From assembly GCA_029194725.1 (NCBI GenBank), contig JARFXQ010000013.1:2611-66610 (forward strand): a stretch of DNA of 64,000 nt. The letters run 5' to 3'. Origin of the DNA: Nitrospira sp. GTDB lineage: Bacteria > Nitrospirota > Nitrospiria > Nitrospirales > Nitrospiraceae. Under the pieces are notes generated by a model. The model saw only the letters and a program-made list of their open reading frames with translations, was not told the origin of the DNA and ran no database searches. Both the position numbers and the translations under genes were made by a program. This document shows positions 27,828-37,496 of this stretch, piece after piece (position 1 is the first letter of the stretch; every line of letters begins with the position of its first letter).

Positions 27828-29837
27828 ATGAAATTTGCGCGGGTTTTGCCCTGGATAATCCTGTCGATGCTTGGCGCCATCGCCCTCGCGCAGGTCGTAG
27901 GGTTTGTCAGTCCTGAAGAAAAAGTGAACGGTCTCTGGCTCGTGGTGGCGGCTGCCTGCATCTATGTGTTGGCCTATCGGTTCTACGGACGATGGTTGGC
28001 CAGACAGGTCGTTGGACTGAATAATCAGCACGTGACGCCTGCGGTACGACTGAATGACGGTGTGAATTTTCACCCTACCAAGAAGGTCGTGCTCTTCGGT
28101 CACCACTTTGCGGCGATTGCGGGAGCCGGCCCCTTGCTTGGTCCGGTATTGGCCGCCCAGTTCGGATTTATGCCAGGATTTCTCTGGTTGGTGATTGGGG
28201 CGGTGCTGGCCGGGGCGGTACAGGATTTCATCATCCTGGTGGCTTCCATGAGGCGCAACGGGCGTTCACTCCCTGAGATTGCGCACGATGAACTCGGCTC
28301 CGTCACTGGAACGGCAACAGCGGTGGCGGTCCTCTTTATTGTCGTCGTCGCATTGGCGGGCTTGGGATTCGCCGTCGTGAATGCGCTCTATCATAACGCC
28401 TGGGGCACGTTCACGATTGCCATGACCATTCCGATCGGCTTCCTCATGGGCTTCTATCTGCAGAAGTTTCGTCCTGGTGCGGTGGCAGAAGTATCGGTGC
28501 TCGGCATCGTCCTATTGCTGGCCGCGGTGTTCTCCGGTCGCGTGGTGGCACAATCCTCGTATGCGTGGTGCTTCGAATTCGATAAGCCGACGCTCGTCTG
28601 GCTATTGGCTGGCTATGGCTTTCTCGCCTCGGTTTTGCCTGGCTGGATGTTATTGGTGCCGCGCGGCTATCTCTCTACATTCATGAAACTCGGGGTCGTC
28701 TTTCTGCTCGGGTTCGGTGTCATTCTCATGGCACCGACGATTGAGATGCCGCGGGTCACGACGTTTGCCTCCGGAGGCGGGCCGATTATCCCCGGAACCC
28801 TCTTCCCGTTTCTATTCATCACGATTGCCTGCGGAGCGATCTCGGGCTTTCACTCGCTGGTCTCGTCCGGGACGACGCCAAAGATGATCGAGCAGGAATC
28901 GCAAGCGGTAGTGGGGTATGCGGCGATGCTGCTGGAAAGTTTCGTCGGTGTGATGGCGTTGATTGCAGCCTCAGTGCTGATTCCGGGCGATTATTTGGCG
29001 ATTAACACGACGTTGGGTTCGGATGCGCTTGCGGCCATGGGGTTCACACCGTTGCGAATTGGGGAGTTGTCGCAATTGGTCGAAGTAGATGTTGCGGGAC
29101 GTCCCGGCGGGGCGGTCTCTTTGGCGGTCGGGATGGCGGCGATCTTTTCGGCGTTGCCCGGCATGTCGGGCTTGATGGCCTATTGGTATCAGTTCGCGTT
29201 GGTGTTCGAGGCACTGTTCATCCTCACGACGATCGATACGGGAACCCGTGTGGCGCGGTACCTCATTCAAGAAATGGCCGGGCGGATCTATGTGCCCTTT
29301 CGCCGAATGAACTGGGTGCCGGGCGTTATGTTGAGCAGTGGGCTGGTTGTAGGAGCCTGGGCTTATTTGATTGGGACAGGCAGTATTTCGACGATTTGGC
29401 CGATGTTCGGTGCCGCGAATCAGCTGCTGGGTATGCTGGCGCTCTGCATTGGGACGACAGTGTTGATCAAGATGTGGAAGTCGCTCTATCTCTGGGTGAC
29501 GGCGCTGCCGATGCTTTTCGTAGGTGCGATTACATTGACTGGCTCTTATGAAATGTTTTGGATGTTCTTGAAGAAAGCCGGAACGTCGGCGGCGGGACAG
29601 GCCTTTGCCCTGTATCTGGATGCGGTGTTAGTGGCACTCGTGGCGGTGCTGGGCGTCATCGTCTTGAGCGACAGTATCAGGCAATGGTATGGCTACGTCG
29701 TCCTGAAAAAGCCGTTCACGAGCAGCGAGGTAGTGGTGTCGGCGGGTGGAGGGTCGGTAGGGCGGGTGCAGACTGCTGTTACAGCTGATGAGTCGTGTAG
29801 GGGATTCCGATTGCCACCTCGTACTGGGTGTTGTTAA
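27828..29837 (+). CDS. cstA: Carbon starvation protein A family transporter
   Basis: TPAVRLNDG, GHHFAAIAGAGPLLGP, ACGAISGFH, SGTT and IWPMFGAANQLL motifs. Confidence 0.93.
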   Translation: MKFARVLPWIILSMLGAIALAQVVGFVSPEEKVNGLWLVVAAACIYVLAYRFYGRWLARQVVGLNNQHVTPAVRLNDGVNFHPTKKVVLFGHHFAAIAGAGPLLGPVLAAQFGFMPGFLWLVIGAVLAGAVQDFIILVASMRRNGRSLPEIAHDELGSVTGTATAVAVLFIVVVALAGLGFAVVNALYHNAWGTFTIAMTIPIGFLMGFYLQKFRPGAVAEVSVLGIVLLLAAVFSGRVVAQSSYAWCFEFDKPTLVWLLAGYGFLASVLPGWMLLVPRGYLSTFMKLGVVFLLGFGVILMAPTIEMPRVTTFASGGGPIIPGTLFPFLFITIACGAISGFHSLVSSGTTPKMIEQESQAVVGYAAMLLESFVGVMALIAASVLIPGDYLAINTTLGSDALAAMGFTPLRIGELSQLVEVDVAGRPGGAVSLAVGMAAIFSALPGMSGLMAYWYQFALVFEALFILTTIDTGTRVARYLIQEMAGRIYVPFRRMNWVPGVMLSSGLVVGAWAYLIGTGSISTIWPMFGAANQLLGMLALCIGTTVLIKMWKSLYLWVTALPMLFVGAITLTGSYEMFWMFLKKAGTSAAGQAFALYLDAVLVALVAVLGVIVLSDSIRQWYGYVVLKKPFTSSEVVVSAGGGSVGRVQTAVTADESCRGFRLPPRTGCC

Positions 29838-29838
29838 C

Positions 29839-29975
29839 GGATGTTGAAATGGACTCCTGATGCGTATTCGCGGGATATTGCCGGCTCATCATCTCGGCGG
29901 CGTTCACAGGCATGCCGTACCATATTCGTCACGACGTGAACCTTCAACGGCTCAACGTACGTCCATCAGAAAAGT
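29839..29975. repeat. Degenerate second copy of the 26.3-kb MITE-like element
   Basis: Shares a GGATGTTGAAA-like end, GCGGCGTTC and GCTC(A/T)ACGTAC with 26242-26370. Confidence 0.45.
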
Positions 29976-30006
29976 CGAAGAAAAACGGAAGATGAGGGGT
30001 TGAAAT

Positions 30007-30504
30007 ATGGCTGATCAATTTTCATTCGACGTGGTGTCGGAAGTGAATATGCAGGAGCTGAAGAACGCGCTGGATCAGGCGACAAAGGAGATCAAGCAGC
30101 GGTTCGACTTCAAGGACTCGAAGACGGAGATCACGTTAAAGGAGAAGGAAAAAGAGTTGGTCGTCGTCTCCGACGACGAATACAAGTTGAAAGCGGTGCA
30201 GGAGATCATCAAGGCGAAATGTGTGAAACGGGGCGTATCGCTGAAAGCGTTCTCACAGGGCGCGATCGAGCCGGCGTTGAGCGGGACGGTGCGGCAGGTG
30301 GCCAAAATTCAGAGTGGACTTGCCTCGGATAAGGCGAAAGAGATCACCAAGGCGGTCAAAGATTCGAAACTGAAAGTCCAAGCGCAAATTCAGGGCGAAC
30401 AGGTGCGGGTGTTGGGCAAGAGCAAGGATGAATTGCAATCCGCGATCGCGTTCTTAAAGGGCAAAGATTTCGGCATCGATGTGCAGTTTACGAATTATCG
30501 CTGA
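30007..30504 (+). CDS. yajQ: YajQ-family nucleotide / c-di-GMP-binding protein
   Basis: SFDVVS, RFDFK, KVQAQIQGEQVRV..KSKDELQ and QFTNYR motifs. Confidence 0.93.
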   Translation: MADQFSFDVVSEVNMQELKNALDQATKEIKQRFDFKDSKTEITLKEKEKELVVVSDDEYKLKAVQEIIKAKCVKRGVSLKAFSQGAIEPALSGTVRQVAKIQSGLASDKAKEITKAVKDSKLKVQAQIQGEQVRVLGKSKDELQSAIAFLKGKDFGIDVQFTNYR

Positions 30505-30587
30505 GTGCAGAATGGAACGGCACCAGTGTTGGTTTCCGTGCTCAACGAGTACGCACCGGGGAGATTCCTAGGTTAAGGTGCCTGCTC

Positions 30588-31610
30588 ATGTGGCGACTGT
30601 CATCCTGTCTACTGTTCTTATTGGTTGGCGCGCTCTGCGGCTGCGATCGCAGCGATGCAATTGTTGTCATCCAACTTCACCCGAAAAACCCCGACATCAT
30701 GTATGTAGCGACGAACGACTATATCTACAAAACCCGAGATGGGGGTAAGACGTGGACGAATCTCTCCAAAGGAATGAGTCATTCCCGTGTGATCGCCATG
30801 GCGATCGATCCTGTTTACACGGCCACGGTCTACGCAGGCACGAAGGGCGATGCTGTCTACAAAAGCCATGATGGAGGGCAACGCTGGGGCTCGATGCGTT
30901 ATGGGCTTGATGATGCGACGATAACCTCGGTTGTGAACCAGTTCCTCTTCGATCCTGCCGACACACAGCACATCTTTCTTGCAACGACGACAGGCGTGTT
31001 CGAAACAAAAAACGGCGGCGAACAATGGACGAAGAAGATGGAGGGCATGAAAGAGGTGTTGATGGTCGTGACGCTAGGCATGGATCCGACGAGGCCTTCC
31101 ATTCTGTACGCCGGAACCAGCGGCGGCGTCTACAAATCAATCGACCAGGCCGGCCATTGGGAACAAGTGAACAACGGGTTGGTTCCACCGGGCAGGGTGA
31201 AAACGTCGCGAGCGTTGAACGTGACCTCGATCCTGGTCGATCCCTATGAGCCCGATACCGTCTACGCCGCCACGCTCGCGGGGTTGTATAAATCAACGGA
31301 TGCGGCCAAGGCTTGGAAACGAATCGGGGAGTCGCTTGCGGATCAGATGATTGTTGCGATGGTGCTGGATCGAACGCGTCGAGGGGTAATCTATATCACG
31401 GGGCGCGATGGGGTGCATCGCAGTGAAGATGGCGGCGCAATATGGAAGCTGATGAACAGTGGGCTCGCGACCACCAACGTGAGAACAATTGCACAAAGTG
31501 CAACGGATTCGAAGGTCTTCTATGCCGGCACGAACGGCAGCGGTTTGTATCGCAGCAACGATGCGGGAGAAAATTGGGAGTCGATGCCGGCCCTCGTGGG
31601 TAAGTCCTAA
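30588..31610 (+). CDS. BNR/Asp-box beta-propeller lipoprotein (Ycf48/VPS10-like)
   Basis: Seven S/TxDxGxxW-type boxes and a lipobox-like LCGC. Confidence 0.85.
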   Translation: MWRLSSCLLFLLVGALCGCDRSDAIVVIQLHPKNPDIMYVATNDYIYKTRDGGKTWTNLSKGMSHSRVIAMAIDPVYTATVYAGTKGDAVYKSHDGGQRWGSMRYGLDDATITSVVNQFLFDPADTQHIFLATTTGVFETKNGGEQWTKKMEGMKEVLMVVTLGMDPTRPSILYAGTSGGVYKSIDQAGHWEQVNNGLVPPGRVKTSRALNVTSILVDPYEPDTVYAATLAGLYKSTDAAKAWKRIGESLADQMIVAMVLDRTRRGVIYITGRDGVHRSEDGGAIWKLMNSGLATTNVRTIAQSATDSKVFYAGTNGSGLYRSNDAGENWESMPALVGKS

Positions 31611-31618
31611 GGATTGGA

Positions 31619-32689
31619 CTATCGCCTCTGGCTGTTCAGGTCGGAGTCTCCGATAGAAGCACCGACTCCGCGTCGTGGAAGTGCCGAAGTTCCTTCACGA
31701 TTTTGCGCGCTGTCGATTTCGAAGCCGATGCTGCTGGACATGGAGGTGTCCTCTATGTCTGTCCCTGGCCGATGCGGAAGTTGGCTGTCCTGAACATCAT
31801 CCCCTCTCCGTGGGCGAAGTGACTCTCCTACATTGCTATAGGGAGATACCGAGGCTCCGATGTCCGCACCGAAGTGAGAGTTCAGCTTGGTGTCCTCAAT
31901 GTCTCCTCCGATTCGTGAGCGCAAGGTTGTATCTTGAATCTCCATCCCCGTCGGTGCTGATGCTGGCGGCCTCTTGGCTTTGAACTCTTTCTTGATCGTC
32001 TCTTCATCCGCTTGGATCTGCGCTTTGGCCCGGCCGTTGGCTTCATACTCGACTTCGCTGAGACCTTGCCGTGCCTCGTTCAATTTATCCAGGCGTCCCT
32101 TGAGTCGAAACAGGTCTTCACGGGCATGTGCGACCGTGCCGACGATTTCACTGAGCGTATATTGGCGGGCAAATGTGCCTAGCTTTGGAGCTACTCCAGT
32201 GCCGCCGCCTAAACCGCCTGGTCCAGACCCAACACCGAATCCAGCGGAATTAAAAATGCCTTTTTGTTGTACGGCCTGGAGTATGTGGTTGGCTTCGTCG
32301 ATTAGGTTCACGATTTGTTCTGGAGCTTCACTCTCGGTCAGGCAGCATGAGACGAACGTCCGATAGCGATTTGAAAATTTGGAGGCTACAGTCTGTAAGT
32401 CCACGATCTTTATCGGATCCCAGTCGGGGAGATCGAACCCCTGTTGGCGCGCACTTTCTCTGAAAGATTCTGTCGCCTGTTGGTCGTAGAGTGCCTCACA
32501 CCCCGAGCTCTTTTTCGTCGAAATCTGCTGGTCAGGCGTCTTGCTTGAGCACCAATAGATCGGTGCTGGTTGGTTGAGCGGATTATCAGGATCGAAATCC
32601 TTCGAGTCGGCCCGTTCTGTACAGAGAACCAGAATGATGAGGAACAGGAACGGCCTCGCGGATGAGAAAACTGAGTAGCAGGTATACAT
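31619..32689 (-). CDS. Hypothetical exported protein with C-terminal G-x-D/E-I-x-D repeats
   Basis: Hydrophobic N-terminal segment, four Cys, a Gly-rich loop, a coiled coil and 13-residue repeats; start uncertain. Confidence 0.7.
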   Translation of the reverse strand: MYTCYSVFSSARPFLFLIILVLCTERADSKDFDPDNPLNQPAPIYWCSSKTPDQQISTKKSSGCEALYDQQATESFRESARQQGFDLPDWDPIKIVDLQTVASKFSNRYRTFVSCCLTESEAPEQIVNLIDEANHILQAVQQKGIFNSAGFGVGSGPGGLGGGTGVAPKLGTFARQYTLSEIVGTVAHAREDLFRLKGRLDKLNEARQGLSEVEYEANGRAKAQIQADEETIKKEFKAKRPPASAPTGMEIQDTTLRSRIGGDIEDTKLNSHFGADIGASVSPYSNVGESLRPRRGDDVQDSQLPHRPGTDIEDTSMSSSIGFEIDSAQNREGTSALPRRGVGASIGDSDLNSQRR

Positions 32690-32892
32690 GAAAGCATTCT
32701 CTATTCGAAATTCCATTAAGTCAACGAAACTCTACGAGTTGGGTGGGCTGGGAATACGTCGGTGCTGGTCACAGGGTTAGGACATAGCTTGTTGTAATTG
32801 AAAACAAATTGATCGCACCCGATCAGTTCCATGTGGCACTGTATCCTTCCTTCTGCATCTGGATTAAAATCACTAAGTAACTTAAAAGTCAG

Positions 32893-32954
32893 TTGACAAC
32901 CAAAAATGCGCGAGTATACTTCGCTTGGCGTGGGTAAAAGTGGAGGCGAGTGGG
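32893..32954 (+). promoter_or_regulatory. dcw promoter with three MraZ-type boxes
   Basis: TTGACA-N16-TATACT, then GTGGG (32930), GTGGA (32940) and GTGGG (32950) at 10-bp period. Confidence 0.75.
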
Positions 32955-33882
32955 GAACAGTATTTCTCGCGAAAACTTCCATGTTCCGGTGCTCGGACCC
33001 GAAGTGTGTCTTTGGCTTATTTCTGATCGATCAATGACTATTTTGGACTGTACGGTGGGCTATGGTGGGCATGCAGAAATGCTTCTAGCATCAAGCTCGA
33101 CCAAAGCCACGGTCATAGGGTTGGACCAGGATGCTCAGGCCATTGATGACTGCGGGCGGCGTTTGAGTCGCTTCGGAGACCGTATTTTGTTGCGACATGG
33201 AAGTTATCGGGACTTGAAATCGCACCTTGCTGAAGCCGGTATCGCGACGGTCGATGGAGTGCTGTTTGATCTTGGGGTTTCATCTCCACAGTTGGACGAT
33301 CCTTCGCGAGGTTTTAGCTTTCAGCACGAAGGCCCGCTTGATATGCGCATGGACCAAACGATCGGGCAAACTGCTGCCGATCTGGTGAACCACAGTCCTG
33401 AACATGAGCTCGCGGATATCATCTTTCAGTATGGAGAGGAGCGATATGCTAGGCGAATTGCTCGGGCAATCGTGCAGGAAAGGCAGCGTCGTCCAGTCGA
33501 GACCACGGGAGCGCTCGTTTCCACCATCGCTCGGTCTGTGCCTGCGTCTTATCGCCACGGACGGATTCATTGTGCAACGAGAACATTTCAGGCGCTTCGC
33601 ATTGCGGTGAATCATGAACTGGATTTCTTGGAGTCGTCGCTTCGAGATGCGGCCGAAGTGCTGGCCTTGGGGGGGAGGATCTGCGCGATCTCTTTTCATT
33701 CTCTCGAAGATCGAATCGTCAAACATACTTTCCGGTCCCTTTCACAAGGACCGAAAGCTACCCTTTCAATACTCACCAGGAAACCGGTCCTTCCTTCTCA
33801 AGCGGAGTGTGAGGCGAATCCTCGATCGCGTAGCGCTAAATTGCGAGTCGCTGAGCGTCAACCGAAGATGGGGCTTATATGA
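32950..33882 (+). CDS. rsmH: 16S rRNA m4C1402 methyltransferase
   Basis: HVPVL, DCTVGYGGH, DLGVSSPQ, PLDMRM and NPRSRSAKLR motifs. Confidence 0.96.
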   Translation: MGNSISRENFHVPVLGPEVCLWLISDRSMTILDCTVGYGGHAEMLLASSSTKATVIGLDQDAQAIDDCGRRLSRFGDRILLRHGSYRDLKSHLAEAGIATVDGVLFDLGVSSPQLDDPSRGFSFQHEGPLDMRMDQTIGQTAADLVNHSPEHELADIIFQYGEERYARRIARAIVQERQRRPVETTGALVSTIARSVPASYRHGRIHCATRTFQALRIAVNHELDFLESSLRDAAEVLALGGRICAISFHSLEDRIVKHTFRSLSQGPKATLSILTRKPVLPSQAECEANPRSRSAKLRVAERQPKMGLI

Positions 33883-34211
33883 AGACCTTCGCCGTCTTTT
33901 TGGGACTCTGTCTCGTATTTGTGTTTGTGTGGGAGCGAGTAGACGTGGTTCGGATCGGCTATCAAATCGAGCGGTTGAAGCATGACAAGACGGCGCTGGA
34001 ACGTCAACGAGATGAGCTCCGCGTTAAGGTTTCCGAATTGAGTGCCTCCGACCGGATCGCGAAATTGGCAACCGGAAAACTCGGCATGAGCCTTCCTCAG
34101 CAAGGGCAGATCATTGTGGTTCAGTCCAGACCAACTGATGTCCATCCCTCACTTATTGTGCCGGTTGAGCTGAAAGTTGCCAAGAATTACCTTCCCAGCA
34201 GGAGACTCTAA
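33879..34211 (+). CDS. ftsL: Cell division protein FtsL
   Basis: TM helix plus leucine zipper; lies between rsmH and ftsI. Confidence 0.8.
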   Translation: MKTFAVFLGLCLVFVFVWERVDVVRIGYQIERLKHDKTALERQRDELRVKVSELSASDRIAKLATGKLGMSLPQQGQIIVVQSRPTDVHPSLIVPVELKVAKNYLPSRRL

Positions 34212-35935
34212 TGACCAGCTCTCTTTCTCGCGGCCGCCGGTATGCCCTGTTGCTGTTGCTGTTGTCCGGTTTTGGAGTGGTTCTGTTTCGGTTGGCCACG
34301 TTGCAAGTGTTGAAAGCGGCTGAACTCTCGGTCAAAGCGGATCGGCAGCATCAAAAGACTGTATCGCTGGAGGGGGCGCGCGGCACGATTGTCGACCGGC
34401 ACGGCAAGATTCTGGCCATGAATGTAGAAGTGCCGTCCGTATTCGGAGTCCCAAACACATTGGATAGGGATAGCCCTCTCAAGACAGCTCGGCAGTTGTC
34501 GCCGATTCTGAATGTGAAGACCGATGAATTGGAACGAAAACTTCGACAGGATCGGAGTTTCGTGTGGTTGGCTCGAAAGTTGGATCCTGAGCAGGGGCAT
34601 CGACTTGATCGGTTGTCGCTTGATGGGATCGGGGTGGTGATGGAAGGGAGGCGGTTCTACCCCAAAGGACCGCTCCTCGCTCACGTGTTGGGTTTCTCGG
34701 GTATGGACGGTGAGGGTTTGGAAGGTGTCGAGCATCGCTACGAATCATACTTGCGTGGTGAAAAGCGGAATATGGTGCTGCAGCGAGATGCCCTAGGGCG
34801 TACGGTGTTTCCCAAGGGAATGGCGGAACGGAATCCGACGCCGGGCCAGAGCCTCACTCTGACGATCGATGAGGTGATTCAGTATATCGTGGAGCGAGAG
34901 CTCGAGGATGCCGTTGGCCGTGCGCGGGCAAAGTCAGGAACCATGATTGTGCTTGATCCCAAGACAGGAGCGGTGTTGGCTATGGCAGTGAGCCCGCGAT
35001 TTGATCCCAATGTCGTGTCGGCTCTCGGTCCTGATCGTTGGCGAAACAGGACGCTTACGGATGCCTATGAGCCAGGGTCCACCATGAAAGTGATGATGGC
35101 TGCGGCAGCCATTGAGGAACGAGTGGTAAGGCCGAATACGATGGTGTTCGGTGAGCATGGTCATATGACGGTCGCGAACACCGTGATTCATGATCACGAG
35201 CGGCTCGGATGGATGTCCTTTTCTCAGGTGATTCAAAAGTCCAGCAACATCGGGGCCGCGAAAACCGGTATGGCGCTGGGAGGGCCGCGACTCTATCGAT
35301 ATCTCCAGGCATTCGGTTTCGGACAACGAACAGAGATCGACCTTCCAGGGGAGGGGGCCGGATTGTTGAGAAACCCAAGAGACTGGGGGCGTCGTTCGGT
35401 CGCCTCTATTTCTATGGGCCAAGAGATCGGCGTGACGCCGCTTCAAATGGTGGCCGCGGTTTCGGCCATCGCAAATGGAGGCGTATTGATGAAACCTTAC
35501 GTGGTTTCGGAAATACGAGATGCCGACGGCCACATCCTTAGACAAGTACCTCCTCAAGCCAAGCGGCGGGTTATCTCTCCAGAAACGGCCCGCAGTGTAA
35601 CGACAATTCTTGAAGGTGTGATCACGGACGGCACCGGGACCAAGGCGGCTATCCGTGGATTTCGGGTGGCTGGGAAAACCGGTACGGCCCAAAAGATCGA
35701 TCCCCGAACAGGTACCTATTCAGCCTCTCGATTTGTTGCGTCTTTCACGGGCTACGTGCCGGCAGACAATCCTCAGCTTGCCATGATCGTGGTAATCGAT
35801 GACCCTCAAGGTGATGCGTGGGGTGGAGCTGTCGCCGCCCCTGTATTTAGTCGCGTCGGGGAACAGGTGTTGAGCTACCTAGGCGTGCCGTCGAATGAGC
35901 CTGTCACGCTGGCGCTGGCTTCGCGGCAATCTTGA
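34211..35935 (+). CDS. ftsI: Class B penicillin-binding protein (PBP3)
   Basis: RGTIVDR, EPGSTMK, SSN and KTGT motifs. Confidence 0.94.
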   Translation: MTSSLSRGRRYALLLLLLSGFGVVLFRLATLQVLKAAELSVKADRQHQKTVSLEGARGTIVDRHGKILAMNVEVPSVFGVPNTLDRDSPLKTARQLSPILNVKTDELERKLRQDRSFVWLARKLDPEQGHRLDRLSLDGIGVVMEGRRFYPKGPLLAHVLGFSGMDGEGLEGVEHRYESYLRGEKRNMVLQRDALGRTVFPKGMAERNPTPGQSLTLTIDEVIQYIVERELEDAVGRARAKSGTMIVLDPKTGAVLAMAVSPRFDPNVVSALGPDRWRNRTLTDAYEPGSTMKVMMAAAAIEERVVRPNTMVFGEHGHMTVANTVIHDHERLGWMSFSQVIQKSSNIGAAKTGMALGGPRLYRYLQAFGFGQRTEIDLPGEGAGLLRNPRDWGRRSVASISMGQEIGVTPLQMVAAVSAIANGGVLMKPYVVSEIRDADGHILRQVPPQAKRRVISPETARSVTTILEGVITDGTGTKAAIRGFRVAGKTGTAQKIDPRTGTYSASRFVASFTGYVPADNPQLAMIVVIDDPQGDAWGGAVAAPVFSRVGEQVLSYLGVPSNEPVTLALASRQS

Positions 35936-35947
35936 TCATCCTTGGAA

Positions 35948-37456
35948 ATGTCAATGATCTTGGCGACTCTGCTTCGGGCGCTGGAAGGACAGGTGGAGAT
36001 TCTTGATCGTCATGGAAATTTAGACGTGTCCGTGAATGCAATCACCGATGATTCTCGAGCTGTCTCGACCGACAGTCTTTTCGTAGCTGTGAAAGGTGAG
36101 CGTGTCGATGGACATGAATTTATTCCGGCGGCAGTGAGAGGCGGCACTGCTGCCTTGGTGGCGCAACGACCGGTGAGTGGGGTGTCTCTTCCGTTCGTCC
36201 GTGTTGACGACTCTCGAAAGGCGCTCGGTCTGCTGGGAAGCCGCTTTTATGGAGACCCCTCGTCCCATATTCGAATGATCGGTGTGACCGGGACGAACGG
36301 GAAAACCACCACGACGTATGTCTGCAAAGCGCTTCTAGAAGCCCTGGGCCATCCAGTAGGGTTGATTGGGACAGTCGTGTATCAGATAGGTGAATGTACG
36401 ATGCCGGCAACCCACACGACACCCGGTCCTCTTGAACTGCAACAGCTGCTTGCCAGGATGGTTACAGGCGGGTGCGCCAGTGCGGTCATGGAAGTGTCTT
36501 CTCACGCCTTGTCGCAGGATCGCACGAGTGGATGCGAATATGACGTGGCGGTATTTTCGAACCTGACTCAGGATCATCTCGATTTTCACAAGACCATGGA
36601 GGAGTATTTCCAAGCAAAACTCAGACTTTTTACAGGATTGAACAGTGGAGCCAAGGCGAATAAACGGGCGATTATCAACATCGATGACTCCTATGGGAAT
36701 CGCATTGTCGAGCGAAGCCCGGCCCCGGTTTGGACCTATGCACTAAAGACCAAGGCGGACCTGCGCGCTGAAGCGGTGCGGTTGTCTCTTCAGGGAACAA
36801 CCTTTACCGCCGCAACGCCGGGCGGAAGCTTCCCCATCGAGAGTCATCTCGTGGGCGAGCACAATGTCTACAACCTGCTAGCTGCCATCGGGGTTGCGCT
36901 TCACGAAGGGGCCACGCCGGCACAAATTCGTGAGGCCGCGGCGAGGATCGCTAATGTGCCGGGACGGTTCGAACGTGTCATGGCGGGCCAGCCGTTTACG
37001 GTGGCCGTCGATTACGCCCACACTGAAGACGCGCTGGTCCGATTACTGTCGGCGGCACAAGAGCTGAGAACCGGGCGCATCATCACGGTCTTTGGGTGCG
37101 GAGGAGACCGTGATCGAGGAAAGAGGCCCAAGATGGGAGAAGCGGCCGTGCGCTACAGCGACGTCGTGATATTGACCTCGGACAACCCCAGAACCGAGGA
37201 TCCCCTCTCAATTCTGGAACAAGTCGAAGTCGGGGTGATCGCAGCGTTGCGGCAGCGGCCACATGTGCAGTACCGGAAGGTACCCGATCGGCGGGAAGCC
37301 ATTGAGGAGGCGGTGCGGGAAGCTCATAGTGCAGATATGGTTTTGATCGCCGGTAAAGGGCACGAAGACTACCAGATCATCGGTACAAAGAAGGTTCATT
37401 TCGACGATCGTGAGGTGGCGCGGAATGCCATCGAACGACTCGGAACCCGCGTCTAG
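35948..37456 (+). CDS. murE: UDP-MurNAc-L-Ala-D-Glu:meso-DAP ligase
   Basis: GTNGKTT, EVSSH, DNPR (DAP specificity) and GKGHE motifs. Confidence 0.96.
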   Translation: MSMILATLLRALEGQVEILDRHGNLDVSVNAITDDSRAVSTDSLFVAVKGERVDGHEFIPAAVRGGTAALVAQRPVSGVSLPFVRVDDSRKALGLLGSRFYGDPSSHIRMIGVTGTNGKTTTTYVCKALLEALGHPVGLIGTVVYQIGECTMPATHTTPGPLELQQLLARMVTGGCASAVMEVSSHALSQDRTSGCEYDVAVFSNLTQDHLDFHKTMEEYFQAKLRLFTGLNSGAKANKRAIINIDDSYGNRIVERSPAPVWTYALKTKADLRAEAVRLSLQGTTFTAATPGGSFPIESHLVGEHNVYNLLAAIGVALHEGATPAQIREAAARIANVPGRFERVMAGQPFTVAVDYAHTEDALVRLLSAAQELRTGRIITVFGCGGDRDRGKRPKMGEAAVRYSDVVILTSDNPRTEDPLSILEQVEVGVIAALRQRPHVQYRKVPDRREAIEEAVREAHSADMVLIAGKGHEDYQIIGTKKVHFDDREVARNAIERLGTRV

Positions 37457-37496
37457 CCCACGGGTGCAGGCGCCGGTCGATGCGCGGAAACATCAC

